DNA of 64,000 nt from Callorhinchus milii (lineage: Eukaryota). The notes below the pieces were generated by a model, which was given only the letters and a program-made list of their open reading frames with translations, was not told the origin of the DNA and did no database searches. A program made the position numbers and the translations under genes. The stretch spans positions 52,826,001-52,890,000 of the forward strand of contig NW_024704743.1 of assembly GCF_018977255.1 (NCBI RefSeq), given 5' to 3'. Shown here in pieces: positions 1 to 12,849 of the stretch; position 1 is the first letter of the stretch, and the number at the start of each line of letters is the position of its first letter.

Positions 1-213
1 AGGCGAAGGGAGTGAGGAAGGGAATTCCAGAGCCTCAGGGCATAGTGGCTGAAGGCACAACCGCCGAGGGTGGAGCGGAGGATTCAGGGGACAAGGAGGA
101 GGCCAGACCTCCAACGGGCCAACGGGCACTGGTGAGGAGAGAGGAGGTCAGAAAGGTAGGGGGGTGCAGAGGAGCGGAGGGATTTGAAGACAAGAGTGAG
201 GATCTTGAAATCG
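1..213 (-). mobile_element. L2 LINE 3' fragment
   Basis: Same L2 3'-end sequence (reverse strand) as the copies at 19680-20085 and 50160-51768. Confidence 0.8.
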
Positions 214-477
214 CACGCACACACATATATATATAGATACACACGCACACACACGTATATACAGGTATACGCTCACACACAGCCATCTCATTTTTGCTGT
301 GCAGCTGTTCATGCGGCAATAAAATGTTTCATCCCAAATTGTTAAATGTTTTAGTTCTTATGTATGATTTTCGATGTAGGAAATTAGAAGAAGTTGTTTT
401 TCCATTCCAGTTACTTTAAGACAATCTGCTTGACTGCTCACTGAGTAATTTTCCTACAATTCCACAGAGAAAAGTAT

Positions 478-490
478 TGCCCTCTAGTGG
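478..490 (-). promoter_or_regulatory. Candidate CTCF site in CDK6 intron
   Basis: Reverse complement reads CCACTAGAGGGCA, a close match to the CTCF core consensus. Confidence 0.5.
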
Positions 491-1925
491 TGTTTTAAAA
501 TATTGCCAAATTAAACAAGATTCTACGAGGTTGGTCATTTGAGTAAGAATGAACCTGTATTCCTATAACCTCTTATATGTCTTAAGTATCTCAAAGCACC
601 CTACAGTAATTATTGATCAAGTAAGTGACTGATCAATAATTTGTAGGCAAATAAAATTCTTGAGTAGTCTTGTGAGCTCCCTTCCTTATTTTTGACTTGT
701 AAATTGAATGTTCTCAGTTTAGATCCGAGAAATGCAGTGCCAGAAGATATGAGTGAGGTTCAATCCCTGATCTGCGCTGATACAGCTATTTAGCAATCAG
801 TGTGGTGTGTGTGTGTATAGATGCCAGCAAGAGATCCATTTATAGTTCCTCCCTTGGTTCACTATTCTGAGAACATTCACTAAGTGTGCTCACACACCCG
901 AGAGAGGAAAATATCAAAACAATTAATTTAAACAAATATTGATTTGAATAATAATCTCACCCATTGGTCAGGCTTTTTCTCCTCAATTACTACGCTACGT
1001 CTTGCTGCACTCTAGTGCATTCATTGTTGCCGCATTGCTATAGTAAATCCTGTGAAGAGCTTTGGTATATCCTCCCAAATTGAAAGGCGCTGGATCAACT
1101 GCAAGGATTAGTTATTATTTTTACTATTATTATTAGATACGTGACAGCATGGCACATTCACATCTGCACCTCCCCAGCTGCTGATCTTGGGCATGACATG
1201 AGGGGGATGATCAAGCAAAGGCTGAGTATTTCCCACAGTGAGGTTGAGAGATGTGGGGGTGGGCAGAAACACAGCTGGAAGTTAGTACGAGTTACTTTAA
1301 TGTATCACCCAAGCAACTGGCTGTAAAGCGGTATTGATGGACCCCAGAAAAAAATGATCCCTTGACACTGCAGGAAAAGTGTAACATCCAAAGCCAGGGT
1401 GGGAATAGATAACAACAACAAACTGCATTTATATAGCGCCTTTCACGTTGGGAGGATGACCCAAGCTTCTAAAATTATGCTAACAAATGTTATTTATGCT
1501 AACAAATTCAACAAAATGTGGAATTTGTTAGCATATATGGCCATTCCACTAAGGCAATAGCAACATTTATAAGGGAATTGGATAAATGTTTGGAAAAGAA
1601 CCTTGCAAAATTATATGAGAAAAGAACAGGGAAATGAACTTAGAGTAGTTGGTTTCAGTGGGGAAGATGGCACTAGATATGGCTCAATGAGACAAACAGC
1701 CTCCTACTGTTTCGCCCACAAAAGTACAGTCAGTTCACTTTACACTATATTCTGTGAAGCGCTTTGAGACGTCTGTAAGATGAGATAAGGTTCTATTTCA
1801 AATGGAAGGATTATTATTACTATGCTCTAATAGTACATGTGTATTGCTATTGAATATGTTTTCTTTATATACATGTTTACATTCAAAGTTTTATTTTTAA
1901 ATTCATTGGTTCTTCTCTTACGCAG

Positions 1926-2061
1926 TGTCCTTGGTCTTCCAAGTGAGGATGACTGGCCTTGCGACGTGGCCCTTCCAAGGGATGCATTTTCGTTAAGATC
2001 TGCACAACCCATACAAGAAATCGTACCAGAGATAAATGAACTAGGAAAAGATCTGCTGCTG
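1926..2061 (+). CDS. CDK6: Cyclin-dependent kinase 6, penultimate coding exon
   Basis: cag|...|gtatga boundaries, 136 nt. Encodes VLGLPSEDDWPCDVALPRDAFSLRSAQPIQEIVPEINELGKDLLL, matching CDK6 VIGLPGEEDWPRDVALPRQAF...ELGKDLLL. Confidence 0.93.
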
Positions 2062-2400
2062 GTATGATATTGTTGCTACAGTATATTCATATTCAGTCTA
2101 TATCAGTTATAAAATAGCATCCAGCTCAGATTTGTTTTGTAATGTTCTCAACACCTTACAAGCCAAACCCATGATGGGTAGAATGGTCCTATAATTACCA
2201 GGTTGGCTTAATTCTAAACATGAATGAATATTTATGCCTTTAACATCACTGTATTTGGTGCCAATCAATATTTGTATTACTTTTTGCAGCAATATGATCA
2301 GGAGAGATTGGTGTGGGAGGTAGGGGATCATTGAAAGATCTTTAGATAGTTGTGACTTGTATGGTACCAAACTAACCAATTGGTAATAATTTTCCAACAG

Positions 2401-2547
2401 AAATTTCTGACATTCAACCCAGAAAAAAGAATATCTGCATTTAGTGCCCTGTCCCATGCATATTTTATGGACCATGAGAAACATACAGAGAATCAGAACT
2501 CATGTCTATCTCCGAACCACTCTTCTACCGAAGAGAACACAGCTTAG
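2401..2547 (+). CDS. CDK6: Cyclin-dependent kinase 6, last coding exon
   Basis: Acceptor tttccaacag. Encodes KFLTFNPEKRISAFSALSHAYFMDHEKHTENQNSCLSPNHSSTEENTA*, matching the CDK6 C-terminus (KCLTFNPAKRISAYSALSHPYF...NTA). FAM133B is the next gene, as in other vertebrates. Confidence 0.93.
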   Translation, partial: KFLTFNPEKRISAFSALSHAYFMDHEKHTENQNSCLSPNHSSTEENTA

Positions 2548-5500
2548 TATTTGCAAGGAATGGACAAGCCTGTGCGATCTGTTGGACGTTTCTTTCTCAC
2601 AAGGTTTTGTGTCTCTACCGTTGAATGATTGGTCAAACTTTACGCTGGTAAAAGGATTACTTGACAGATGGAGTAACATTTTTACAATTTGCAATACCAT
2701 CCATTTGCTGCTTTTGAAACAGATGTTCCATTTTTTTTTTGGCGTGATACCCCAACGGAGGTTTACTGTTTATTGAAACAATGCAAAAAAAAAACTGCTG
2801 CAGCTTTTTTTTTTCCCTGGGAAAACTCTGGACTGGATTAGCTGCTGTCTGTTCACCAATGCTGCAAATCTTGTTACCTGAATGTGGAATGCTGCAAATG
2901 TGAAGAATTTGGAACACAAAAACCCACAGTCACTGCCAAACTTGCCAGAGTTTTCTCTGTACAGCTGCTAAAGCCAGGATTGCAAAACAAATATATTGAA
3001 AAGGAAAATAAAATGTACTGAATCTCCTAACTGACAAAAAGTTATCAAGTGTTCTTCATATAATACGTCTGAAAAAGTGCAACCTTTTTACTTCAGACAC
3101 GCCCCATGGGAACTATGAGCTTTTCACTTACAAACAACCCATTGAGATGTCACGGAACAAACCAGTTTGACTTTTCGGAAAAAAATGGCTTGAGTGCTTT
3201 CACGCAACTAAAATCAAAATATGTTTTTTTTTCTGTCAGAAAAAAAATCAGGATTTAAAGAACAGCTGTAAAATGTGCCTACGAAAAAAAAATCATTGAA
3301 GAAAAGAAAGTCGGGCATGTTTCTTTGCTTTTATAGAAGTTGTTGCTTGTTGTTTTAGATGGTATTTTTATATATGCTGCGACAGAGCAGAAAGCAGGGC
3401 TTTAGAAAATTTGGAAAATATATCTTTTGAATTATTGTCAAAGTTAATGCAGATCAATATTTTGAAATGCTATGTTGGGAAGGTACTATATGGATCACAT
3501 TATTGTTCGGTCCATAGCACCGATTAATGCTTCGTAAATCTCCCTTAAATGCTCCTCATATCCAGCACTTAGACCCATACAACCATGCACTTGCAAAACT
3601 CTTCATTTATGTATTATTAATCAGTCATGCCACTCAAACAGTAGGGTTGAAAATGATCAGATAAACACCCCCTTTACAGCTGAACCGTAGTGATGTGATA
3701 TGGACCTGATAAAATGACGTAATCCAAAACACATTGGTATCTTCCTTGAAAATAGTACTGTAGCTTATGTACTATGAATGGTAATCATTTGCTTCAGATG
3801 ACTCAAATCATATTACACAGATTGTATTCATAAAGTGCTTGTATTTTGGATAGAAATTTGGGTATGAGTGTTACCGAGTAGATTTAAGAAATTATTGCTC
3901 AGACATAGTACTGTAACTAATATTTGTATCTATGCTAAAGACAGACTACCCTAAGGTTTCAATGAATGGAAATCAAAAAGGTGTAAGGGAATTTATGGGA
4001 CTGGTCATATATTGAAACGTTGCAGTTTACAAAACTAGAAAGTGGTTTAAAAAAAGAAGTGCATTAAAATAGATGATTTATTACAGGTAAAGAAAGTTAG
4101 TTTAACAAGCATGATAAATCGAAATAATGTTGCAAGAGACATTTAGAAATGTTGTCCTAGGGATTATAGTGACAGGTGAAAAGCAATTGAATAAAATGCT
4201 GATCACGAACGTGTCCATTTAAAAGTGTATTAGAACGGAGCTATGAGTTAACGAGTTGAGCTCACCTCAGAGCAAGTAAACACCAATCACTCAACTGAAT
4301 AAAAAATATTGTATATAAAAAAAACAAATCAAAGGGGATCAGTTTCAATCAAAACTGTTTTATAGACATTTGTATTCAACCGAAGTTTCTACTACTTCAA
4401 GTAGGTAAATAAATGCATGCAGTTTTTTTTAAAAAAAACTAGCGACATGTGTGTATAGTACCATTGCTTGATTGCAATGAATCCAGAAACGCTTTTAGAT
4501 GATGCTGTATCTGTAAATAGAACAATGAGCTTTGTTAGCATTTTATTTTTGGTTTGGTCTTCTCACAAGCATCGTGCCTCAGTTGTGTTTATGGGACATT
4601 TATTTTTTATGTAGGAAATGCAGTAGTTTTCTCCCCCCTTGTAGCCCCTTAGTACCAGTGTCACATCATTGTGAAAAGATGAAAATGAAAGTAGGCAGGT
4701 AGGAATTAAGTCAGTGGATAGATGGACAGTTGGATGGACAGATGTACGGAAGGCAACAGAAAAAAGGATGGAATGAAAATATAAAAAAGTGAAATGTGTG
4801 AGGAACATATCCAATTGAATCCCAGTTGTGGCATTCATCAGATTCTTGATAATCATGCCCATGTCAGGGTTTCCACTTATTAACATCTGTTGATCCACAC
4901 AAATATTTTATTCAGGTTACCTGTAATGTTTGCAATATCCAAGCAAAACAAAGGATATCTTGTATGTGTAGAATCACACTAAGTATTTCTATATTGCATG
5001 GTGATTCAGTCACCCTTCTCTCTGCTGTCAAATGTCTGATGTTGGAGTTCAGTCTCCGCCTCTACAAGTTGCTACCCTAATGGCATCTCCATTCTCCAAG
5101 GTGTCCATTTGTTGTTTCTATTTCTGCAGATCCATAAAAAAACAAAAAATCCGTGCTTACAACAATTGTAATACTGTGCTCAGATTTCTGTAACTTATGA
5201 AAGTATCTTTATCTTTGGTGCCTCAAATACTGCTTTGTAAAACCAGAGTGCATTATGCATTTCTGTTTACTCCGAGATTAATCACTGGAATACCAATGGC
5301 TATATTTCCAAGTACAATTTCTAGGGACTGCAGAAGTTGCAGTTCTAGTTGTGCAGATGGTGCTAATTATATGTGTCTCAAGCTTCACATAACCAGAATA
5401 ACAGCCTATTATTTTTAGAGTACATGAACAAGGTAGAGTCTCCCTGCAAATTAAATGACATTTCAGACTCACATTGTTTTGTGTAGAGTAGTGGTATTTA

Positions 5501-8500
5501 TATTACAGCCTTGGGATTTGGCATTATTTCCTCTCCTCTTCTCACTCTCTATTAAAAGAAAGTAAGGCTATTCTAGCTTCCACACTTGCATCGCTTCACT
5601 CCACTCTGTAGCATTCCTGAAAGTGGCCTTTCTCCCTTTGAGCAATACATTGGTTGGAATCCCAATTCTCAAGTGGTGGTGTACAGTGTTCAATTAGAAA
5701 TGTCACAGTTTTCTTCACATTGAGTTTGCATAATGAAACATATACTGTAGGTGAGTGAATCGCAAACCTGAATTGTAATAACCAGTTTTCCATAATGTGT
5801 TTTTTTNAGATAGTCATAACTTTACACTGCTAGCTAATTATTTCTCAAGCTGTAGCAATAATTGTACATTGTATATAGTACATTGGATATTAACTGCACC
5901 TAGTATGTTGTACTATTTAATTGTTTAATGTGGACAAGGTGAAGAATATTGAATGTTATTGACATTTGGCCCTTAACACAACGCTTTGGGACGTCCTCTT
6001 GATGTGAAAGCCGCTATATAAATGCAATTTGTTGTTGTTAACTGCCATCAAAATGGGTTATTATTAGCGCTGAATGCAAATCCGTGTTAATTACAATGAA
6101 GAGCTAATGGGTTAGACTAGTGCCTCCATTAATAATCTCACTTCAGCCTCACTAGGCCTATCATGTGTCAGTAATGTGCACATAAAAACATGGCAAGTCA
6201 GGAGCTAAATACAAACCACAGATTTTCTTCTTGGTTTTTTGATCAATTTAAATGACAAGCAAAAGAATTTCTAAAAAAAGCAAATATTGTCTTGTTTTCC
6301 GATTTGTAAAGTTTAAAGAGAATTTAAATTGGTGCTAACTTCATGCCGCACACTCTGAGACGGTCCCATAAGAAGGGTGCTATATAAATGCAAAGGCCTT
6401 TCTTGTTCTGAACCTCTTTTATGATATTGTGATCTGTTGCTGTGAAGGGTAAAGAGTTGCGTTTCTTTCTGAGCCTTGTTTGTACATGAGTACCTTTTGT
6501 GGTTTTAATATCTATCAGTCCGTAAATTCCACATTTATAAAAAATGTCATACAATGGAAAATAACAGTGAGTTGTAAACAGAGTTAAAAAATAACACTGT
6601 TGCTCGTCTATTTTTAAATGACAACCAGGGAAACAAACACTGCCACAAGTCGTTTGATGAAATCTACAACTGCATTGTAGGAATGGAAAGTTGGGCTCAT
6701 TTCAAACGGAGTGTTTTAAAGGTGCTTATCCTCAAGACTGGTTCTGTTCTATCTTCTGATGGTCTGAGAAAGTATGTGTTAAAATGAATAAACTGTCAGC
6801 AGGTTATTACCAAGCAGCATGTTGGATTCCTATAGCTGAGAAAGAATCAGCCTTGAATGTTTCAGTAATCAGTGAGGATTAGTTTCTGTAATAATAATAA
6901 TCCTTGCATTTGATATAGGGCTTCTCACAGCGAGAGGACAGGATTTACCATACAATTTATGTAGTGCTTTTCACATCGGAAGGATGTCTCAAAGCATCTC
7001 AAAGTGCTTAAAGCATAAAGTGTAGTCATTATGTAATTTGTAGGCAAATGCTGCACCAATTTGCACACAGCAATATCCCACAAACAGTCATGAATTCAAT
7101 GTACTGTCTTTCAGCAGGAATTAACCTAGTTACTGTATTTCCATTTGTAAATGATTAGCAGAAATTACAGCTTGAAAGCTACACTGCTGCGTTGCTACAG
7201 GTAAACATCCTCAAATTTGAAAAAAAATATTTGTAGAATATGCTCTTTCTACAGAAATACACAAATTTTGTTTTTATTTTTCTGAGAATGAATGTACAAT
7301 TTTAAAACATCTTTGTAATTGGAAAGAACATTATTTGGTCCAACAGCAAGAAAACTGCCCCCTTTCCAACCACTAGGTAACACTTCTCTATTGTTCCACA
7401 TGCATGATATTTTATTTCTTCTGAATTATAGATGCCAAACATGTTTAATTGATCCACAACAGTGTGCAGATGTTTAGTGCCAGTTTTATTTTGTTGTCAC
7501 ACGAAATGCAACTGAACTAGCTGTGAATTCGGCCACAATATGACTGGTTTGCAATAGGTCTTGTTAGAGATGACTCCACAATCCAAACTGAACCTTATCA
7601 TTGAACAATGTGGAAAGTGTGCTGCCTCCCAGATGAAGGCCTCCCAGATGAAGGCTCTGAGAGCTATGTGTTTGAAACCCTTTCTCTTTAAGTGATTGCC
7701 GGCAAATAGGGAAGGAATGAAAATGCTGGGATCGTATTGAATACACGTAGAGAAAGAGAAAGAATGTGTTAAAAAGAGCACTGAGTGAATTGTTAAATGG
7801 AGTAATAAAGGAAGAAGTGTGCTGGGAACCAGAACACAAAACTGGCGGAAACATGGAAAAAAATGAGAGCTGAAAATAGTTGAGAATTGAGGAGTTACAA
7901 TTAAGCTAATGTTAAAAGTAATGAAAAAGGTCTGTGAAAAGTAATTAATATCACCTAATGTGAATTCAATTGAATTCTCTTGTGTTATTTATTAGAACTA
8001 GCAGAACATTAGGTGGTGAGATTAGGAGGCGATACAAGACTGGTTTAGTGAGTAGTAATAGTTATACAGGTGTAATAATTTGTTGGATTGTGTGAGTCAC
8101 AAGTAGTCAGATGTGAGTTACTAATGAAATCCAACTTTTGTTTTTGATGAATTACTGTATTGCAGCCGGTGTCTGGAAGTGGACTGGAATGTAAATGTGT
8201 ACAAATAGAGCAAGCACCATAGGAGAATCATAGGCAGCTGTTTTTACAAGTTCTATGAATTAGATGGCAGCTGCAGAACATCTCTGTACTATGAGGCTGA
8301 AGTGTCACAAAACAAAATAAGACTTAAAAAATTATATCGTGGAATTTATACTGCCACTCCCTCACCCAAAAAACTTAGCATTATTCTCCAAATCTCATGG
8401 AGGTATGGAAAAGACGATTTGTATCAAGAGACAATAGTGACCAAAATAGAAAGAGGGACAGAAAATGTAGTTTGGACTTTTTTTTAGATCCCTGATTAAG

Positions 8501-8689
8501 AGAAACCCCACATTAGGAATATTAGTTTTAATTTGAACAGAGAGAGAAATTTATTATTTTGACATGATAGCAAAATATGTTTTAAATCACATTTTTTTTA
8601 AACAATGTGGTAACCAAGGATTAAAGGGGGTTGCTGTTCATTATATTTACAAGAAGACAAATGCGTTGATGTTGCCAATCATAATAAAA

Positions 8690-9060
8690 ATAAAAATAAT
8701 AATCCTTGCATTTGATATAGAGCCTTATCACGCCTTTGAAATGTCTCAAGGCGCTTCACAGAATATACTGTAACTTGAATTGGGACTGTCTAATTTGTGG
8801 GCGAAACACAGCAGCCAATTGCACACATCAGTGTCCCACAAACAGTCATGGATTGAAGTCACCAATTTTTTATTTTTTTGAAGGAATTATTAGCCCCAGA
8901 AAAGTGATTACCAATCGACTAACAATTGGGTTCCTACTTACTGCTAGGTAAACAGGCGTGTGATGTAAGGAAACTTGCCCAACATTTCGCCCTGCCTGGG
9001 AATCAAACCCAGGTTTCTCGCTTATGAGGCAAGTACTCTAACCGTTGAGTGCTCTAACTA
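8690..9060 (-). mobile_element. tRNA-derived Deu-type SINE with L2-like tail
   Basis: Reverse complement of the family best preserved at 18901-19282 and 48427-48778. Confidence 0.8.
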
Positions 9061-9837
9061 ATCATGGCGTCAGTGCTAATATAAGGTTATAAGGCTAAGA
9101 TTTAGTAACTTTGTACCTGATACAGCATCAGCCGTTTAAACCCAGTTTAAAATCATGATCCAGGCAAGACGTTTTCAGAGTCAGTTGCAGAAGTGACCCT
9201 GCTCTCAAAAAACACTTCTCTAATGAAGTAACGCTGCCCTTTCAAGCTAAAGCATGCATATGTTCAATTAAATAGCATTGCTGAGTATGCTTGCTGCGGG
9301 CACATTGTCAGTGCACATCACAACCAGGTGCAAAGAATCTTCAGAAAGCACACTTTGTACATTGCATCTTATATATTTCTTTATATATGTTTTTCATGGT
9401 AGAGGGCATTGTTTAGAGAATAGCTTTTCCCATGTATTGTGGTTTAAATACTTGAGGCTAAATCGTGTTCAAAATATTTGATATTTAAACAATATCTGGC
9501 CAGTTTGAAATGGGTGAAACTACATTTTGAAATGCTGCAAAGTATATGTGTCACAATACACTTTTTCTGAATATTGTGTCTGTAATTTGTAAAAAAAAAC
9601 ACTTTCCTAGTTAAGCACAACAAAGAATACCAGTCATAGCACATAATGATTTGTGTCTACATCTATTTTGGTCCATATTTAAACAGTGAATTGTTCTTAC
9701 TGCATAATTTACTATGTTGTGGTACAGAGGTTAGTGACATTAATGAAATGATCATTTCTGGAAATTAATATTCATATAGATAGATAATAGAGAGAAATTT
9801 CACTTGAGTTCAGATTTACTCTGTTTATGCAGCATTT

Positions 9838-10030
9838 CAGAGCGTGCTGCATTTGGCAAATTGTTGCATTCAGACTCAACTTTGAAGCAAATTTTCTAAA
9901 GTTCTTAAAGGAATTTACAGAAAATTGGCTTACAATTTAAATTAAGAATTTGCCAAATTCTGGATGATCTGCTTGTTCCTTGTTAAGAAAATCTAATAAA
10001 TCTAGACCCAGGTGGAATTTCTCCCCCTTG
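9838..10030. mobile_element. Palindromic MITE-like repeat (related copy ~21632-21800)
   Basis: Inverted ends tttggcaaatt ... aatttgccaaa. The right end (aattaagaatttgccaaattctggatgatctg) is the reverse complement of the 21632 copy's left end. Confidence 0.55.
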
Positions 10031-11495
10031 TTACCTGAAGGTTATGACAGAATAATACAGCTTTCAAACAATTACATTATAAACAGAGATTACTTGCTAG
10101 TTGATATACATTCATGCATTTATGGTAGATATATTTTAAAGATGTTGTATTAATCATGTTATTTGCTTAACCCTGCACTGTAATGGATTTTTTGTTTTAA
10201 AGAGAACGAAATCTGAGTAACAATGGCTTTGTAATACTAATACAGATAATGACAGCCCGTTGATACTTATCTTGTATTCTCTCTCCGAAAACTAAGACAA
10301 ATAATACCATACAAAATTCTACCTTTTATATTGTGTTCTATGACTGCTCTATAACATAGTTACTTCTCCCTATGTGAACCGGACCAACACGTGCCATGAA
10401 CTGATTTTTAAAGCATATTTCCCCCATGGGTCCACACAATGCAAATACAGACCTATTTTTAAGATGTATATGACTTGCATAGTACTTTGTAACTTTGTAT
10501 AAGTTTTAAAATAAGTCTTTTATGTATAGGTTTGTATGAAAAATGAGCTCTCATCTTATATACATTGAGTTCCATTAACTTTTAAATCTTTTAGATAATG
10601 GTTTAGTTAAAAGTCTTATTAGATTGCATCAAAATTATATTTATAGGTTGAAGTATCAGTATGATTGGTTAAAAGTTACAAAGCAGTCTGGTTTAATTAG
10701 TTCAGATGCCAAAAAGTTTCATGGAACAAATATGTATCTTTTCATATTTATAGTTTTTTTTTGTATTTTGTGATAGCTTTTTACTTAGAGCATTCCTGAT
10801 TCATGTTTGCTGCTAATTTTTATGTCTTGCCAGGGTCTACCATTTAGAATGTGTTAAAATAGGGAAAATGTGCATTGGGAAAAAATACCAATGCAAATGC
10901 TGCTTGTGTTGGATGGACTTCTGCTGTTCGTACTTTTATGTTTGTACTTTAGCTTAAACTGTTCTTAACTGCTATATCTTTTTATTTTGGAAAAAAAATA
11001 AATATTCTTAGTGTGTATAATACTGTGCAATTGTGTATTACTTAAACTGGATGCTAAAGTTCTTGCGTGTCTGAAAAAATAACTGTCAACAGGATGTTAA
11101 AATATACACTAACAAAATGTCAAGGATTAATCATAGAAATTAATTTTAGGAGAAGCCATAACACCTATGAAGGCTGTACTGGTGCTAACTCCTCCACTGG
11201 ACTGAACTACTCTAATCCCAATTCCTTATTCTCTTTCATACCATCACCTTTTAAATGTGGCAAAGCATTCTGTGTTCTGACAAACATCTGTGTGAATATA
11301 TTTATTTTAATATCTTTCCCCCACCCTTAATTCTTCCAGGAACAATCTTGTTTTTATGCACTTTTTTAGCAATTTACTAACTAGCAGGAATAATCATTCG
11401 CTGCCTCCGCTCAAAACAATCAGAATTTTTCTATTATTCTTATTTGTATTAGATCCCTTTACGGCACCATCAATTACTCAAAACTCAGTCATGGC

Positions 11496-12592
11496 TGTAG
11501 GACCCCTTAGTCCCTTCAGTCTTGTGAAATTGGTTCAAGCATTTGTCAGAAACCACACCAAGGATACTATTAAAATGTTTTATTAGCAATTATAAAACTA
11601 CACAAGCATAAGCATCACGTTACACCCAATGCATTATCATTACTTGTCGCACTTAAATGACTACTAAAGCACTATCTTAACAAGATACATTATTAAAGCA
11701 CTATCTTAACCAGATACACTCAATTCTAAAAATATATTGCAAAGATTATGTGATAAGAAGTGTGCCTAAATAATCTCTTAACTGTTTTGTATGTATGTTG
11801 GATGAGTGTTTTATTAAGTAAGAACGATACTACCAAGCAGGCAGGAAATCATGACGAAGTTCTAAGGCTGGCACAAAAGTTAAACACTGTCTCTCGTGAG
11901 CTGCTGGCTGCAAATGTCTCTGGCTTGCTTCTAGCTGCAGACATCTCTTGGTGGTCCACTCCGGCGAGAGCTGGACTTGTCCTCTTTCCCTCAAAGGCAC
12001 TCTTCTTCCTCTCCGTAGAGGTTCGTCCCCTTCCTCTCCTCAGAGGGTCCACAAAAAACTAGTTTTGGCTACCGATTTTTATTCCCTTATTCGCCAGCCA
12101 TCTGTGTTCTAATTTTTTTTTCCCCCATGACTTCTTTTCTACTCTCTGCACTTTTCCCAGGCATTCTTTCCCTATCTTCAAGTTGGTTCTTGTATGAGCT
12201 AGTGTATGTTCTGCAAGAGAACAATATTTCTCCTATTCCATCTTATCTAGCCTGACCAAACCACCTGACTCCATGTCCCTGAACTTTCAGTACTTCTTTA
12301 TAACTCTGTCCATGGGACCTGCTCACTTTAAGCTTTTTCTCAGTTTTAATTGCTAGTTTGTATCCCATCCATTCTCCTGGTCCAATTATCCCAGGTTCCT
12401 ATCTCTGCTGCCCGTGGGTCACATGCCCTTGTAAGCGCAGATGGCCTACCATCCATCCTCCAGATCCAGCTATCCTTATCGTCCCTGGCCATGGGTCATA
12501 TTCCAGTGTACTCCTCTCTCAAAAACCTTTGGTTATTAACACACATAAAAAAAAGGAATAGTAATATATAAAAAATATTGGTTAGTAACACA
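11496..12592 (-). mobile_element. Probable 3' LTR of endogenous retrovirus-like element
   Basis: On the - strand a purine-rich tract (atgataaaagcaggata) is followed by TGTGTTAC at 12592, then AATAAA (plus-strand TTTATT 11579-11584) and a candidate end GGGGTCCTACA. The left boundary is uncertain. Confidence 0.5.
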
Positions 12593-12611
12593 TATCCTGC
12601 TTTATCATGGA

Positions 12612-12803
12612 TCATCCTCTTCTAATAAGCGAGACCAGATCCATGTGGGATTGCTGTTCTTGTAGACCGTGAAAAAGAGAGCAAACCCATCTTACTGCAA
12701 TTATCAATGCAATGTGTATTACAATTTGAACAATAACGAACAATTGTGATAAAAGCCGTAATATTGGGTGTTGTCCAACATTGTAAACTATCTCCCACCA
12801 TCT
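12612..12803 (-). pseudogene. Env-like transmembrane/C-terminal remnant
   Basis: Reads RWWEIVYNVGQHPILRLLSQLFVIVQIVIHIALIIAVRWVCSLFHGLQEQQSHMDLVSLIRRG*, located between the integrase end and the PPT. Confidence 0.5.
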
Positions 12804-12849
12804 GGTTGTTCACTGGTGCTTCCTGACAGAACAAGCATAATATCTGTTG

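Larger units (their letters stand above)
2548..11020 (+). other. CDK6: Probable long CDK6 3' UTR ending after AATAAA at 10997-11002
   Basis: AU-rich, relatively repeat-poor stretch with many miRNA seed matches; AATAAA followed by a GT-rich downstream element. Mammalian CDK6 also has a ~10-kb UTR. The end point is inferred. Confidence 0.6.
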
